From assembly GCA_964626665.1 (NCBI GenBank), contig CAZVGK010000001.1:64001-128000 (forward strand): a stretch of 64,000 bases of DNA, given 5' to 3'. Position numbers and translations under genes: made by a program. The notes beneath the pieces are model-generated. The model ran no database searches and had not been told where the DNA came from. It saw nothing but the letters and a program-made list of their open reading frames with translations. The stretch comes from an uncultured Gemmatimonadota bacterium. Its GTDB lineage: Bacteria > SM23-81 > DAOVCL01. Positions 29,957-40,480 of this stretch are shown here, piece after piece (position 1 is the first letter of the stretch; every line of letters starts with the position of its first letter).

Positions 29957-31267
29957 ATGAGACTCGTATTGAGAAAGTGCATCTCGCCCAGGGGTGAGGT
30001 GAAGGTGAGTGGAGATAAATCGATAACGCACAGGGGTTTCATCATTGGGGCCGTTGCTCGAGGGAGGAGTGTGCTTCGTGGGTATTCGAGATGCCAGGAT
30101 TGCGTGGCAACACTGAAGACCTTACGGGAGCTCGGAATATTCACAGAAGAATCGGAATCCACCGTGTCCATTCAGGGGAAAGGATTGGGCGGGCTTACTG
30201 AACCCGACGATGTGCTAAACTGTGAGAATTCCGGGACGACTATGCGATTGCTTGCCGGGCTGTTATCGGGGCAGGATTTCTTCTCCGTACTGACCGGGGA
30301 TGGTTCGTTACGAAGAAGACCGATGAGTAGGATTATTCAGCCGTTGAGTCAGATGGGTGCAGAGATCCGCGCAAGAAGTGGGGGCAGATTTGCTCCATTG
30401 AGCATTCAGGGCAGCACATTGAAGTCCATTGATTACACACTGCCTGTGGCCAGTGCCCAGGTGAAATCTGCCATCTTACTCGCCGGCCTTTGTGCCGATG
30501 GTGAGACAATCGTCGAAGAGCCGTATCCCACGAGAGATCATACCGAACGGATGCTGGCCCTTTTTGGCGCAAAAATCGAAAAAGCGGGTGAGAGAACGAT
30601 CCTTCGAGGGGAGGATAGCAACCTCGAAGCAAAGGAGTTGATCGTCCCGGGTGATCTCTCCTCGGCAGCCTATTTTATCGTCCTTGCAAGTCTTGCCCGT
30701 GATTCGGAGATTCTTTTGAAGGATGTGGGTGTAAACCCGACCCGAACAGGGATACTCGATGCGTTGGAAATGATGGGTGCAGGGATCTCTTTCTTGAATC
30801 GCAGGACGGTTTCCAATGAACCCGTTGCCGACCTTATGATTAAATCTGGTGGACTCGAGGGAAGAGAGGTATCGGGCAAACTCATCCCCAGACTCATAGA
30901 TGAAATACCTGTGTTGGCGGTGGCGGCTACTCAGGCAGAAGGGGTCACTGTGGTTAGGGATGCAGCCGAATTACGGGTAAAGGAGACCGACAGAATCAAG
31001 GCGATAGTGAAGGAACTCAAAAAAATGGGTGCCAAAATAGAGGAAAGAGAGGATGGATTTACCGTGGAAGGGCCGACACGGCTTTACGGAGCCTCGTGCA
31101 GTTCTTTTGGTGACCACAGAATTGCAATAGCCTTAGCCATTGCCGGACTTATAGCCGATGGAGTAACGACGATTGATGGTGCTGAATGTATAGACATTTC
31201 ATTCCCTGAATTCATACCAACAGCAAGGAAGGTGTGTGGTGAAGATAGGCTCACTACCCAAGATTAG
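29957..31267 (+). CDS. aroA: EPSP synthase
   Basis: GDKSITHR, SAQVKS, RDHTERM, RVKETDR, DHR. Confidence 0.97.
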   Translation: MRLVLRKCISPRGEVKVSGDKSITHRGFIIGAVARGRSVLRGYSRCQDCVATLKTLRELGIFTEESESTVSIQGKGLGGLTEPDDVLNCENSGTTMRLLAGLLSGQDFFSVLTGDGSLRRRPMSRIIQPLSQMGAEIRARSGGRFAPLSIQGSTLKSIDYTLPVASAQVKSAILLAGLCADGETIVEEPYPTRDHTERMLALFGAKIEKAGERTILRGEDSNLEAKELIVPGDLSSAAYFIVLASLARDSEILLKDVGVNPTRTGILDALEMMGAGISFLNRRTVSNEPVADLMIKSGGLEGREVSGKLIPRLIDEIPVLAVAATQAEGVTVVRDAAELRVKETDRIKAIVKELKKMGAKIEEREDGFTVEGPTRLYGASCSSFGDHRIAIALAIAGLIADGVTTIDGAECIDISFPEFIPTARKVCGEDRLTTQD

Positions 31268-32633
31268 ATTCAACCGTGAGAGACTCGAATTAAAATCTTC
31301 TCCTGTGAGTGTATTCGAGGAAGTCTATAACCAGGATTATTTTGGCTTTATCTATGAATCATTGGAGAGTGTGGGAGAGAGGGGTAGATATTCATTCATT
31401 GGTGCAAGACCTTTCATCTTATTTAAGAGCAAAGGAGAAGATATAGAAATTAATGTTATGAAAAAGACTTACAAGAAGAAAGGGGATCCTATAGATTTTT
31501 TAAGAAGTATTGTGGCAGAATATAGAGAATGTCCTGATACGGTGTTCCCCGGTGGTGCGGTTGGATATATCTCCTATGATGCTGTAAGATTCTTCGAAAA
31601 AATTCCTGACATAAATCCGGATGAACTTGCTGTTCCTGATACATATTTTATGTTCCCTTCTGAGATAATCGTCTTTGATCACAAGGAAGGGACCGTTGAT
31701 ATTATTGTGTATTCTGAAAAGAATAATCAGGAAAGAATAAAGGAGTTGAGAGGTGCAATTGAGACATGCACAAAGGAGACTGCATTTCGACCTCATAAGC
31801 TTGAGGCGCCACTACCATTTGAGTCAAATTTCACCAAAGATTCCTACCAAGAGATTGTAGAAAAAGCAAAAGAATATATCTACGCAGGTGATGTATTCCA
31901 GGTTGTGCTTTCTCAGAGGTTCCGATGTTGTGTAGAGAAAGAACCCATCCGTATTTATAAGGCCCTCCGTCTCACAAATCCTTCCCCTTACATGTATTAT
32001 CTCCGGTTAAACGACTTATATATTTTAGGGTCGTCTCCTGAGATATTGGTGAAGTTAACAAATGGTGTGGCAATAAGTAGACCTTTGGCAGGAACAAGAC
32101 CCAGAGGCAGAACAGAAAAGGAAGATCGGTCTTTAGAGGTAGATCTTTTGAAGGACGAGAAAGAAGTGGCAGAACATATAATGCTTGTTGACCTTGCGAG
32201 AAACGATATCGGTAGGGTATGTGAGTATGGTAGCGTAAGGGTAACAGAGCTTTTACAGATTGAAAGATATTCGAAGGTAATGCATATAGTTTCAAATGTT
32301 GTTGGCAAATTGATGAAGGGCCGAGATGCCTTTGACCTTCTACGGGCGACGTTTCCAGCCGGAACGGTTTCCGGGGCACCCAAGGTAAGGGCAATGGAGA
32401 TAATAGATGAGTTGGAGCCCTCAAAAAGAGGGGTTTATGCTGGTGCTATTGGGTATTTTTCCTTTTCTGGTAATATGGATATGTGTATTGCTATAAGGAC
32501 AATTGTGGTAAAGGATGGGATAGGTTATATTCAGGCAGGTGCAGGTATTGTTGCTGATTCAGTACCGGAAAGAGAATATATGGAAACACTGAATAAAGCA
32601 AGTGCATTAAAGAAGGCCATTGAGATAGTGTGA
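31236..32633 (+). CDS. trpE: Anthranilate synthase component I
   Basis: [26 protein letters not shown]; exact start uncertain. Confidence 0.95.
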   Translation: MVKIGSLPKIRFNRERLELKSSPVSVFEEVYNQDYFGFIYESLESVGERGRYSFIGARPFILFKSKGEDIEINVMKKTYKKKGDPIDFLRSIVAEYRECPDTVFPGGAVGYISYDAVRFFEKIPDINPDELAVPDTYFMFPSEIIVFDHKEGTVDIIVYSEKNNQERIKELRGAIETCTKETAFRPHKLEAPLPFESNFTKDSYQEIVEKAKEYIYAGDVFQVVLSQRFRCCVEKEPIRIYKALRLTNPSPYMYYLRLNDLYILGSSPEILVKLTNGVAISRPLAGTRPRGRTEKEDRSLEVDLLKDEKEVAEHIMLVDLARNDIGRVCEYGSVRVTELLQIERYSKVMHIVSNVVGKLMKGRDAFDLLRATFPAGTVSGAPKVRAMEIIDELEPSKRGVYAGAIGYFSFSGNMDMCIAIRTIVVKDGIGYIQAGAGIVADSVPEREYMETLNKASALKKAIEIV

Positions 32634-33202
32634 TGATACTGGTGATCGATAATTACGATTCATTTGTTTATAATCTTGTTCAATATTTAGGTGAATTGGG
32701 GCAAAAGCTTTTGGTTTACAGGAATGATGAGATTACCGTCAGGGATGTGAGAAAGATTAACCCCTCTTTTATAGTCGTTTCTCCTGGCCCTTGCACACCC
32801 CAGGAGTCTGGAATCAGTCGGGAAATTATTTCCGCTTTTGCAGGGGAGATTCCCATACTCGGAGTCTGCCTGGGGCATCAATCGATTGGAGAGGTCTTTG
32901 GGGGCCGGGTCATCAGGGCCAACGCTGTGGTTCACGGAAAGACATCGAAAATATATCATGATGGGAAAACTATTTTTCGTGGGATTAAAAGTCCTTTTAT
33001 TGCAACACGTTATCACTCACTCATTATTGAAAAAGAGAGTTCGCCTGACTGCCTTGAGATTAGTGCTAGAACAGAAGATGGAATTATCATGGGAATAAGA
33101 CATAAGATGTTTAATGTGGAAGGTGTCCAATTCCATCCGGAATCTGTATTAACAAAGGTAGGTAAACAAATATTGAAGAACTTTTTAAGAGGTGTAAAGT
33201 GA
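32630..33202 (+). CDS. trpG: Anthranilate synthase component II
   Basis: IDNYDSF, SPGP, GVCLGHQ, QFHPES. Confidence 0.96.
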   Translation: MMILVIDNYDSFVYNLVQYLGELGQKLLVYRNDEITVRDVRKINPSFIVVSPGPCTPQESGISREIISAFAGEIPILGVCLGHQSIGEVFGGRVIRANAVVHGKTSKIYHDGKTIFRGIKSPFIATRYHSLIIEKESSPDCLEISARTEDGIIMGIRHKMFNVEGVQFHPESVLTKVGKQILKNFLRGVK

Positions 33203-33340
33203 GAATTATCAACTCTTCAAAATTAGGAGAGAATTTTTTTAAAATATAAGGAATTGATCGATGTTTCTTTAGTCCGAAGGATAATCTTAGATGTAAAGAA
33301 CAACAGAGATAATGCGGTAATAGATTACACTTCAAAAAGC
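33199..33340 (+). pseudogene. hisD: N-terminal remnant of histidinol dehydrogenase
   Basis: GTG overlaps the trpG stop; after a frameshift reads VRRIILDVKNNRDNAVIDYTSK, matching the HisD pattern V..II..V...GD.A...YT.KFD. Confidence 0.7.
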
Positions 33341-33591
33341 CCTCTGGTGACGGTGCAGATTCTCTGGCTTAATCCCCCTTAATTCACATTCCACCAGAGT
33401 ATAATCCTAACATATGCGGTGCAGATTCGTAGGCTTCGCTAACTTACAGTAAAACAGGCACTTATCATTGAAATATTGAGAGATATGGGAAAAATTGGAG
33501 AAGAAATAAACTGTGAAGATTATATGATTTTAAGAGTTCGTCTGTTGCACGAGGTACACCTTAAAACTATTTGCTATCCAAATAGAAAAGC

Positions 33592-33627
33592 TTGACTTTT
33601 TTTGATATCTGATATATTATATATCAG
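33592..33627 (+). promoter_or_regulatory. Promoter with overlapping operator palindrome
   Basis: TTGACT-17-TATTAT; CTGATATAT-T-ATATATCAG at 33609-33627 covers the -10 box. Confidence 0.7.
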
Positions 33628-33640
33628 TTGGGAGGTAAAA

Positions 33641-34375
33641 ATGGATAATGAAAATGGGCTTTTGAATCTCAAATCGCTTAAACAGCAGGTTTACGAATAT
33701 TTAAGGAAACAGATGGGCAAAGGAAATATCCTTCCAGGCTCGGTTATAAATCTCAATAAGACTGCAAAGCAGCTTGGGATAAGCAAGACTCCTCTGAGGG
33801 AAGCCCTTATCCAGCTTGAGATGGATGAATTCGTCAGGATTCTACCAAGGAAAGGAATTGTTGTGAATGTTTTAACTCTCAGGGATATAAAGGATTTTTA
33901 CCAGCTCATAGGTTCTCTTGAAAGGTCGGCTGTGCTTTCTGCATTCGCAAAAATAGGAAGGGAAAAAATAGAAGAGATGGAGAAGCTCAATAGGAAAATG
34001 CAAGAGGCCATAGAAAACGGTGGTTTTGATATCTATTACCAGAAGAACTTAGAATTTCACAATACATATCTTAATCTTTGTCAGAACAAACACCTTGTTA
34101 AGATAGTAAATACCCTTAAGAAAAGACTTTACGATTTCCCGCGACAGAGGGGATATCTAAAAGAATGGGAAGAAGCTTCAATAAAGGAGCACGAGAAGTT
34201 TCTAAATTTCTTAAAAGAAAATAACCCCAGGTTAGCAGCAGACTATATCAGGGATGTCCACTGGTTCTTTGAAGTCCAGAAAAAGTTCATTAAGAAGTAT
34301 TATCCTCTAAAGGAATATCAGAAAAGATTAGAGGAAACCCTTGGGGAAAGATATACGAAGGAAGCCGTTGATTAA
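33641..34375 (+). CDS. GntR/FCD family transcriptional regulator
   Basis: LGISKTPLREALIQLE HTH; FH and EH motifs of the FCD domain. Confidence 0.92.
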   Translation: MDNENGLLNLKSLKQQVYEYLRKQMGKGNILPGSVINLNKTAKQLGISKTPLREALIQLEMDEFVRILPRKGIVVNVLTLRDIKDFYQLIGSLERSAVLSAFAKIGREKIEEMEKLNRKMQEAIENGGFDIYYQKNLEFHNTYLNLCQNKHLVKIVNTLKKRLYDFPRQRGYLKEWEEASIKEHEKFLNFLKENNPRLAADYIRDVHWFFEVQKKFIKKYYPLKEYQKRLEETLGERYTKEAVD

Positions 34376-35270
34376 AGGTATGATATTTGATATAAAAAGA
34401 TATGCCATCCACGATGGGCCTGGAATAAGAACGACAATATTTTTTAAAGGCTGTCCTCTAAGATGCCCATGGTGCCACAACCCGGAGGGTGTAAAAAAAG
34501 AGCAGGAAATTATGTTGTGGCAGGACAGATGCACAAAATGCGGTGATTGTGTCCCCGTGTGTCCTTACAGGGCAATTTCCATAGACAGAAATCTTTCCAT
34601 TGATTGGGGAAAATGTGACCTCTGCGGGGAATGTATAAAAGTATGCCATCCAAAGGCAATAGAAATGGTGGGAAGAGAAATTTCCGTTGAAGAGGTGGTG
34701 AGGGAAATAGAAAAGGACATAGTTTTCTACGATGAATCAGGTGGAGGAGCAACTTTCTCAGGGGGAGAGCCGTTCTTCCAGCCGAAATTTCTTGAGGCCC
34801 TTCTAAAAGAATGCAAGAAAAGATACATAAACACGGCAGTTGATACCTCAGGCTATGTTAGCAAGGAAATTCTCTCAGGGCTAAGCGACTATATTGACCT
34901 TTTCCTCTATGATTTAAAGATAATGGACAGTGAAAAGCACAGTAAATACACAGGGGTACCAAACGAATTGATTCTTGAAAATTTGAGGGAGCTTTTGAAA
35001 AGGGGAAAAAGAGTAAATGTTCGCCTTCCCCTTATTCCAAAAGTAAATGGTGATAGAAAGGGTATAGAGAAAACAGGTGAGTTCCTCGCATCTCTTCCTA
35101 ACCTAAAAGGTGTAAATCTTCTTCCTTATCACAATACCTGGGTCAATAAATTTAAGAGACTCTCAAGGGAGTGGAAACCATATATAACTCCTCCTCTATC
35201 CCGGGAAAAGGTGGAGGAAGTGAAATCAAGACTTGAGAAATATGGGTTGGAAATAAAAATAGGAGGGTAA
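34368..35270 (+). CDS. Glycyl-radical enzyme activating enzyme (radical SAM with ferredoxin insert)
   Basis: HDGPGIRT, CPLRCPWCHNPE, two CxxCxxCxxxC motifs, SGGEP. Confidence 0.96.
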   Translation: MIKGMIFDIKRYAIHDGPGIRTTIFFKGCPLRCPWCHNPEGVKKEQEIMLWQDRCTKCGDCVPVCPYRAISIDRNLSIDWGKCDLCGECIKVCHPKAIEMVGREISVEEVVREIEKDIVFYDESGGGATFSGGEPFFQPKFLEALLKECKKRYINTAVDTSGYVSKEILSGLSDYIDLFLYDLKIMDSEKHSKYTGVPNELILENLRELLKRGKRVNVRLPLIPKVNGDRKGIEKTGEFLASLPNLKGVNLLPYHNTWVNKFKRLSREWKPYITPPLSREKVEEVKSRLEKYGLEIKIGG

Positions 35271-35271
35271 A

Positions 35272-37635
35272 ATGACTGAGAGGGTAAAAAAATTAAGGCA
35301 AAAAAGCGTAAACACGGAACCCTATGTTTCATCGGAAAGGGCTGAGCTTCTGACAGAATTTTACAGGTCTGGTGTGCCGCACAGGGTGGCGACCCCGATT
35401 ACCCGTGCCTTAGCGCTTAAATACATAATGGAGCACAAGAAGATTTCCATAGATGAAGGGGAGCTAATAGTTGGAGAGAGGGGACCTGCTCCAAGGTCAA
35501 CTCCGACATATCCTGAACTCTGCACCCATACTCTAAAGGACTTTGAGGTAATGAGCAGCAGAGATAAGACAAGGTTCCAGGTTTCAGATGAGGTGAAGAA
35601 GGTTTACAGAGAGAAAATAATTCTGTTCTGGGAGGGAAAAACTATGAGGGAAAGGGTCTTTGGAACTATGTCAAAGGAATGGCACGATACTTTTGAAGCA
35701 GGAGTTTTTACAGAGTTTATGGAGCAGCGAGCACCTGGACATGCAATATTGGATGACAAGATTTACCATAAGGGTATGGAAGATTTCAAGGGAAAAATAG
35801 ATGAAAGGATAACACAACTGGATTATTTCAATGACCCTGATGCATATAAAAAGGAACAGGAGCTTAAAGCTATGAAAATTGCGGCAGACGCCATCACAAT
35901 CCTTGCAGGCAGATACTCAAAGCTTGCAAAGCAGCTCGCAGAGAAGGAGAAAAATCCTCAGAGGAAAAATGAACTTGAAAAAATTGCCGGGGTTTGCTCT
36001 TATGTCCCCACCCATGCCCCAAGGGATTTCTGGGAAGCTCTCCAGATGTACTGGTTCATCCACCTTGGGGTTATAACTGAGCTGAATGTATGGGATTCGT
36101 TTAATCCGGGCCGCATTGACCTTAACCTTTATCTTTTTTACAAAAAGGACATTGAGGAAGGAAAACTCTCAGGGGATTTTGCAAAGGAACTCCTTGAATG
36201 CTTCTGGATAAAATTCAACAACCAGCCAGCTCCTCCTAAAGTAGGTGTAACAGAGGAACAAAGTGCAACCTATCAGGATTTTTCTCTTATAAATGTTGGG
36301 GGACTCAAAAAGGATGGTTCAAATGCTGTAAACGAACTTTCATATCTCACGCTTGATGTCCTTGAAGAAATGGAAATAATGATGCCGAGCGTATGCGTTC
36401 AGCTCAGCAAGAAAAACCCTGATGCTTTTCTGAAAAGGGCAATTAAGGTTGTAAAGAAAGGTTTCGGCCAGCCATCCTTCTTCAATACAGATGCCATAAT
36501 CATGGAATTTCTGAGACAGGGAAAAAGCATTGAAGATGCAAGACTTGGAGGACCAAGCGGATGCGTAACAATAAGTGCCTTTGGAAAGGAAAGCTGCACC
36601 CTCACAGGGTATATGAACTGGCCCAAGATACTGGAGATTACACTAAACAATGGTATAGACCCTCGTACAGGGAAAAAGGTGGGGATAGAAACTGGGAAAC
36701 CAGAGAACTTCAAGAGCTTTGAGGATCTTATGGAAACTTACAGAAAACAGCTAAAATACTTTGTGGATATAAAGATCAAGGGAAACAGCATAATAGAAAG
36801 GCTCTATGCCCAATATATGCCAGCTCCTTTCATGTCCCTTCTCATGGATGATTGCATAAAAAAGGGAAGAGACTATCACGATGGAGGACCCAGATATAAT
36901 ACAACATACATCCAGGGAGTCGGAATGGGAACTATTACAGACTCCTTATCCGCTATAAAATACCATGTGTATGATAAGAGAAACCTTGAAATGAATGAAC
37001 TTCTGAAAGCTCTGAGGAAGAATTTTGAGGATAACGAAAAGATAAGACAGATGCTGTGGAACGAAGCTCCAAAATACGGGAATGACGATGATTACGCGGA
37101 TAAGATTGCAAAGGAAATTTTTGAAGCCTATTTCAAAGTTTTAGATGGAAGACCCAACACAAAAGGTGGAAAATACAGGGTAAATCTCCTTCCAACAACT
37201 GTCCACATATACTTCGGAAAAGTCACAGGTGCAACCCCCAATGGAAGGAAAGCAGGTGAGCCTTTATCCGATGGTGTTTCCCCAACTCAGGGTGCTGATA
37301 AATATGGTCCAACAGCAGCGGTAAAGTCCGTCGCAAAATTTGACCATATAAGAACAGGAGGAACTCTCCTCAATCAGAAATTTATGCCCAAGCTCCTTGA
37401 AGATGATGAGGGTATTGACAAACTTGCCTATTTAGTGAGAACCTATTTCAGGTATGACGGGCACCATATTCAATTCAATGTTATCAGCGCAAAAACCCTC
37501 AGGGAAGCCCAGAAATACCCTGAAAAATACAAAAACCTCATAGTGAGGGTTGCAGGTTACAGCGATTACTTCGTTAATCTCGGCAGTGACCTTCAGAATG
37601 AAATAATCGCAAGAACAGAGCATGAAAATTTTTAA
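35272..37635 (+). CDS. HypD-like glycyl radical enzyme with variant Cys loop
   Basis: FTEFMEQRAPGH, NNQPAPPKVG, RVAGYS (Gly762); Cys loop SGCVT instead of SGCVE. Confidence 0.9.
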   Translation: MTERVKKLRQKSVNTEPYVSSERAELLTEFYRSGVPHRVATPITRALALKYIMEHKKISIDEGELIVGERGPAPRSTPTYPELCTHTLKDFEVMSSRDKTRFQVSDEVKKVYREKIILFWEGKTMRERVFGTMSKEWHDTFEAGVFTEFMEQRAPGHAILDDKIYHKGMEDFKGKIDERITQLDYFNDPDAYKKEQELKAMKIAADAITILAGRYSKLAKQLAEKEKNPQRKNELEKIAGVCSYVPTHAPRDFWEALQMYWFIHLGVITELNVWDSFNPGRIDLNLYLFYKKDIEEGKLSGDFAKELLECFWIKFNNQPAPPKVGVTEEQSATYQDFSLINVGGLKKDGSNAVNELSYLTLDVLEEMEIMMPSVCVQLSKKNPDAFLKRAIKVVKKGFGQPSFFNTDAIIMEFLRQGKSIEDARLGGPSGCVTISAFGKESCTLTGYMNWPKILEITLNNGIDPRTGKKVGIETGKPENFKSFEDLMETYRKQLKYFVDIKIKGNSIIERLYAQYMPAPFMSLLMDDCIKKGRDYHDGGPRYNTTYIQGVGMGTITDSLSAIKYHVYDKRNLEMNELLKALRKNFEDNEKIRQMLWNEAPKYGNDDDYADKIAKEIFEAYFKVLDGRPNTKGGKYRVNLLPTTVHIYFGKVTGATPNGRKAGEPLSDGVSPTQGADKYGPTAAVKSVAKFDHIRTGGTLLNQKFMPKLLEDDEGIDKLAYLVRTYFRYDGHHIQFNVISAKTLREAQKYPEKYKNLIVRVAGYSDYFVNLGSDLQNEIIARTEHENF

Positions 37636-37686
37636 AAAAGGAGATATAAATTTTCAAAACTGAAATTTATGTGAAAAGGAGGAAAA

Positions 37687-38880
37687 ATGAGAGCAAAATT
37701 CGATTGGAAACCTCCAGAAGATTGGCCTGTGATTTTCACAATAGATGCGCATGCAGGAGGAGAACCTCTGAGGATAATTGTAGGAGGGCTCCCCAAAATT
37801 CCTGGGAAAACAATACTTGAAAAGAGAAGGTATGCCATGGAGAACCTGGACTACCTGAGGAAAGGACTTATGGGGGAACCGAGAGAACATGCAGATATGT
37901 ATGGAGCAATAATCACAGAACCAGTTTCATCAGAAGCAGATCTAGGAGTGCTTTTCCTTCACAATGAGGGATTTAGCACGATGTGTGGCCATGGAATTAT
38001 AGGGCTCACCACAGTGTTGCTTGAGACAGGGATACTACCCATGGAAGCTCCTGAAACAGTGCTCAAAATAGATGCACCTGCAGGGCTTATTACTGCCCAT
38101 GCAAGGATAAAAGGAAATAGGGTGAAAAGTGTCTATTTCCACAACGTTCCGTCTTTTGTCCTTGTTCTTGATGAAACTCTAAATGTTCCAGGAATCGGTA
38201 AGGTTAAATACGACATTGCCTTTGGCGGTGCATTTTATGCCTTTATAAATGCGGAAGAAATAGGTCTTTCCTGTAATCCCGAAAATTACAGGGAGCTTAT
38301 AGCGAAAGGAACAGCAATAAAAAAAGCGGTTATGAAAACAAGACCAATAAACCACCCATTTGATAAAGATTTAAGTTTTCTATACGGTACAATCTTTATT
38401 TGCCCGGCAGAAAAAAAATCCCACAGTAGAAATGTCTGCATATGAATATAAAGTCAACTCTTCCCATAAGGAGTTAATCCTATTATCTTGAAAGGGTTCT
38501 GAGACATTGAAGAGCGAAAGCACTTGTAGTCCCTGGAACTCATATAGAATTTAGGAAAAGTGTGTTGAGATTGAGAGTCAACCTTATATTCATATGTCTG
38601 CATATTTGCAGGGGGCGAAGTTGACAGGAGTCCAACGGGGACAGGTGTAAGTGCCAGGCTCGCTCTGAATTACGCAAGGGGAGAAATAAGTATTGAGCAG
38701 CCAATAGTGATTGAAAGCATTATTGGGACGAAATTTACAGGAAAGGTGGTGAGAGCTATAAAATTCGGACCATATAATGCAGTTATACCTGAGGTTGAAG
38801 GGAGCGCCCATATCGTGGGAAAGAACCAGTGGATTTTCGACCCCGAAGACCCTCTACAATTCGGATTTTTCCTGAGATGA
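37687..38880 (+). pseudogene. Proline racemase-family trans-3-hydroxy-L-proline dehydratase, interrupted by an insertion
   Basis: MCGHG in the 5' part; frame resumes NVCIFAGGEVDRSPTGTG...GFFLR after the insert; Cys/Thr catalytic pair. Confidence 0.88.
38442..38593. mobile_element. MITE of about 152 bp with target-site duplication
   Basis: Inverted ends ATGAATATAA / TTATATTCAT; direct repeat ATGTCTGCAT at 38432 and 38594. Confidence 0.9.
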
Positions 38881-39310
38881 ACTATAGGAAAATAAGATTT
38901 CTTTCTGCCCGGGATGTGAAAAGTTCTCTCTTCATGAAGGAAGCAATAGATGTAGTGGAAAAAACCTTTCTGCAGCTTTCAATGGGGAAGGCCACAGTCA
39001 CACAGCGCACAATTATGGAAATTTCGGGAGAGATTATTTTAAGAGCAAAGACAGTTATTGACCATAGGGAATCCTGTCTTGCCGAAGCTGGCGATCTCAT
39101 AATTCCTATGGAAGAAAGGCTTATAGACGAAAACCATATATGTGCAGAAATAGGTGAAATAATAGCTGGACAAAAGCCTGGAAGGGAAAACTCGGAAGAG
39201 GTGACATTTTCAAATCAGTTAGGAACGCTGTTCAGAATCTTGCAGCATCGAGTAAAGCTCTTGAAAATGCCGAAAATCTGAATCTGGGAATTGAAATTTC
39301 CCTGTTTTGA
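38877..39310 (+). pseudogene. Ornithine cyclodeaminase/mu-crystallin family gene with internal deletion and frameshift
   Basis: N-terminus FLSARDV..MKEAID joined directly to C-terminal EAGDL..AEIGE..GRENSEEVT; shifted frame FKSVRNAVQNL. Confidence 0.85.
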
Positions 39311-39329
39311 GTCCTGAAAAGAGCAAAAT

Positions 39330-40234
39330 ATGGAAGATATAAGAACAAGAACTATAAAATCAGACCTTTTATTACTGCTCACGGCAGCCATCTGGGGCTT
39401 TGCCTTTGTTGCCCAGAGGGCAGGAATGAAATATGTGGGTCCCTTCACATTCAATGGAGTGCGCTTTGCTCTGGGAAGCCTGATCCTTATCCCATTACTT
39501 TTAATAAGAAAACCTCCAGTTCGGACAGCGAAACAAGGACTGGCTCTTCCTGGATTCCTTGCAGGCACTGCAATCTTCCTTGGCGCTTCTTTGCAACAAG
39601 TAGGCTTAATTTACACCACAGCAGGAAAAGCAGGCTTTATTACAGGATTGTATGTGATAATCGTTCCTATCCTTGGCCTTATAGGAGGAAAAGATCAGGG
39701 ACAGGAGTCTGGATTGGAGCACTCCTCGCAGTTGTTGGTCTCTATTTTCTCAGCATAAGAGCCAATTTTTCCATGGTAAAAGGAGATCTTCTGGTCCTTA
39801 CAGGGGCCTTTTTCTGGGCAGTACATGTTCATCTTATAGGAAAATTTTCCCCAAGAGTTGACACAATAAAGCTGGCATTTCTTCAGTTTGTAACTTGCTC
39901 TGGACTTAGCTTTATAGTGGCCATTCTTGTTGAAAAAATTAATCTGGCACAAATACTGGCTGCCTGGATTCCAATTATTTACGCAGGAATCTTCTCCTCA
40001 GGGATTGCCTACACACTTCAGGTAGTTGCGCAGAAGGAAGCACACCCATCCCATGCAGCTATAATCCTCAGTCTTGAGGCAGTCTTTGCCGTTATTGGTG
40101 GATGGATGATTTTAGGTGAGAGGCTCTCTGCAAGGGAGGTTTTGGGTTGTGTCCTTATGCTTGCAGGGATGATAATCTCCCAGCTCTATCTTTCTTACCT
40201 TCAAAGGAAAACAAAGAAGACGGTGGTTTTGTGA
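39330..40234 (+). pseudogene. EamA/DMT family transporter, frameshifted
   Basis: IWGFAFVAQR..AGFITGLY and AYTLQVVAQK..LSLEAVFA split across two frames near 39690. Confidence 0.85.
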
Positions 40235-40480
40235 AAGTAACTTTAAAGGAAGAGCCTTTAAAGCATATCATGGCAGGTCAATGGGGTCAGGCTGAAAAAT
40301 AGAAATTAAGGAGATAGAGGAGGGCAACCCGAAAGTGCTTGGCAGTTTCTGCCCCACCGTCCCCTGTTTCCGATAATTGTTATTTAAAGGTTTGGCCACG
40401 ATCCCTCCACAAAGGTAAGCAGGACAGCCTCGATGATGGCAAAAAGCTAGAACTGACCTCTTACTGCTCAACCGAACTGT

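Noticed and set aside
33340-33560. attC or repeat after the hisD stub (CGGTGCAGATTC twice, CCTAAC)
   Set aside because: No matching GTT core site or extended palindrome; too weak to call.
38443-38445. Selenocysteine readthrough at the TGA in the racemase-family gene
   Set aside because: The TGA comes from the inserted element and does not align with a catalytic Cys.
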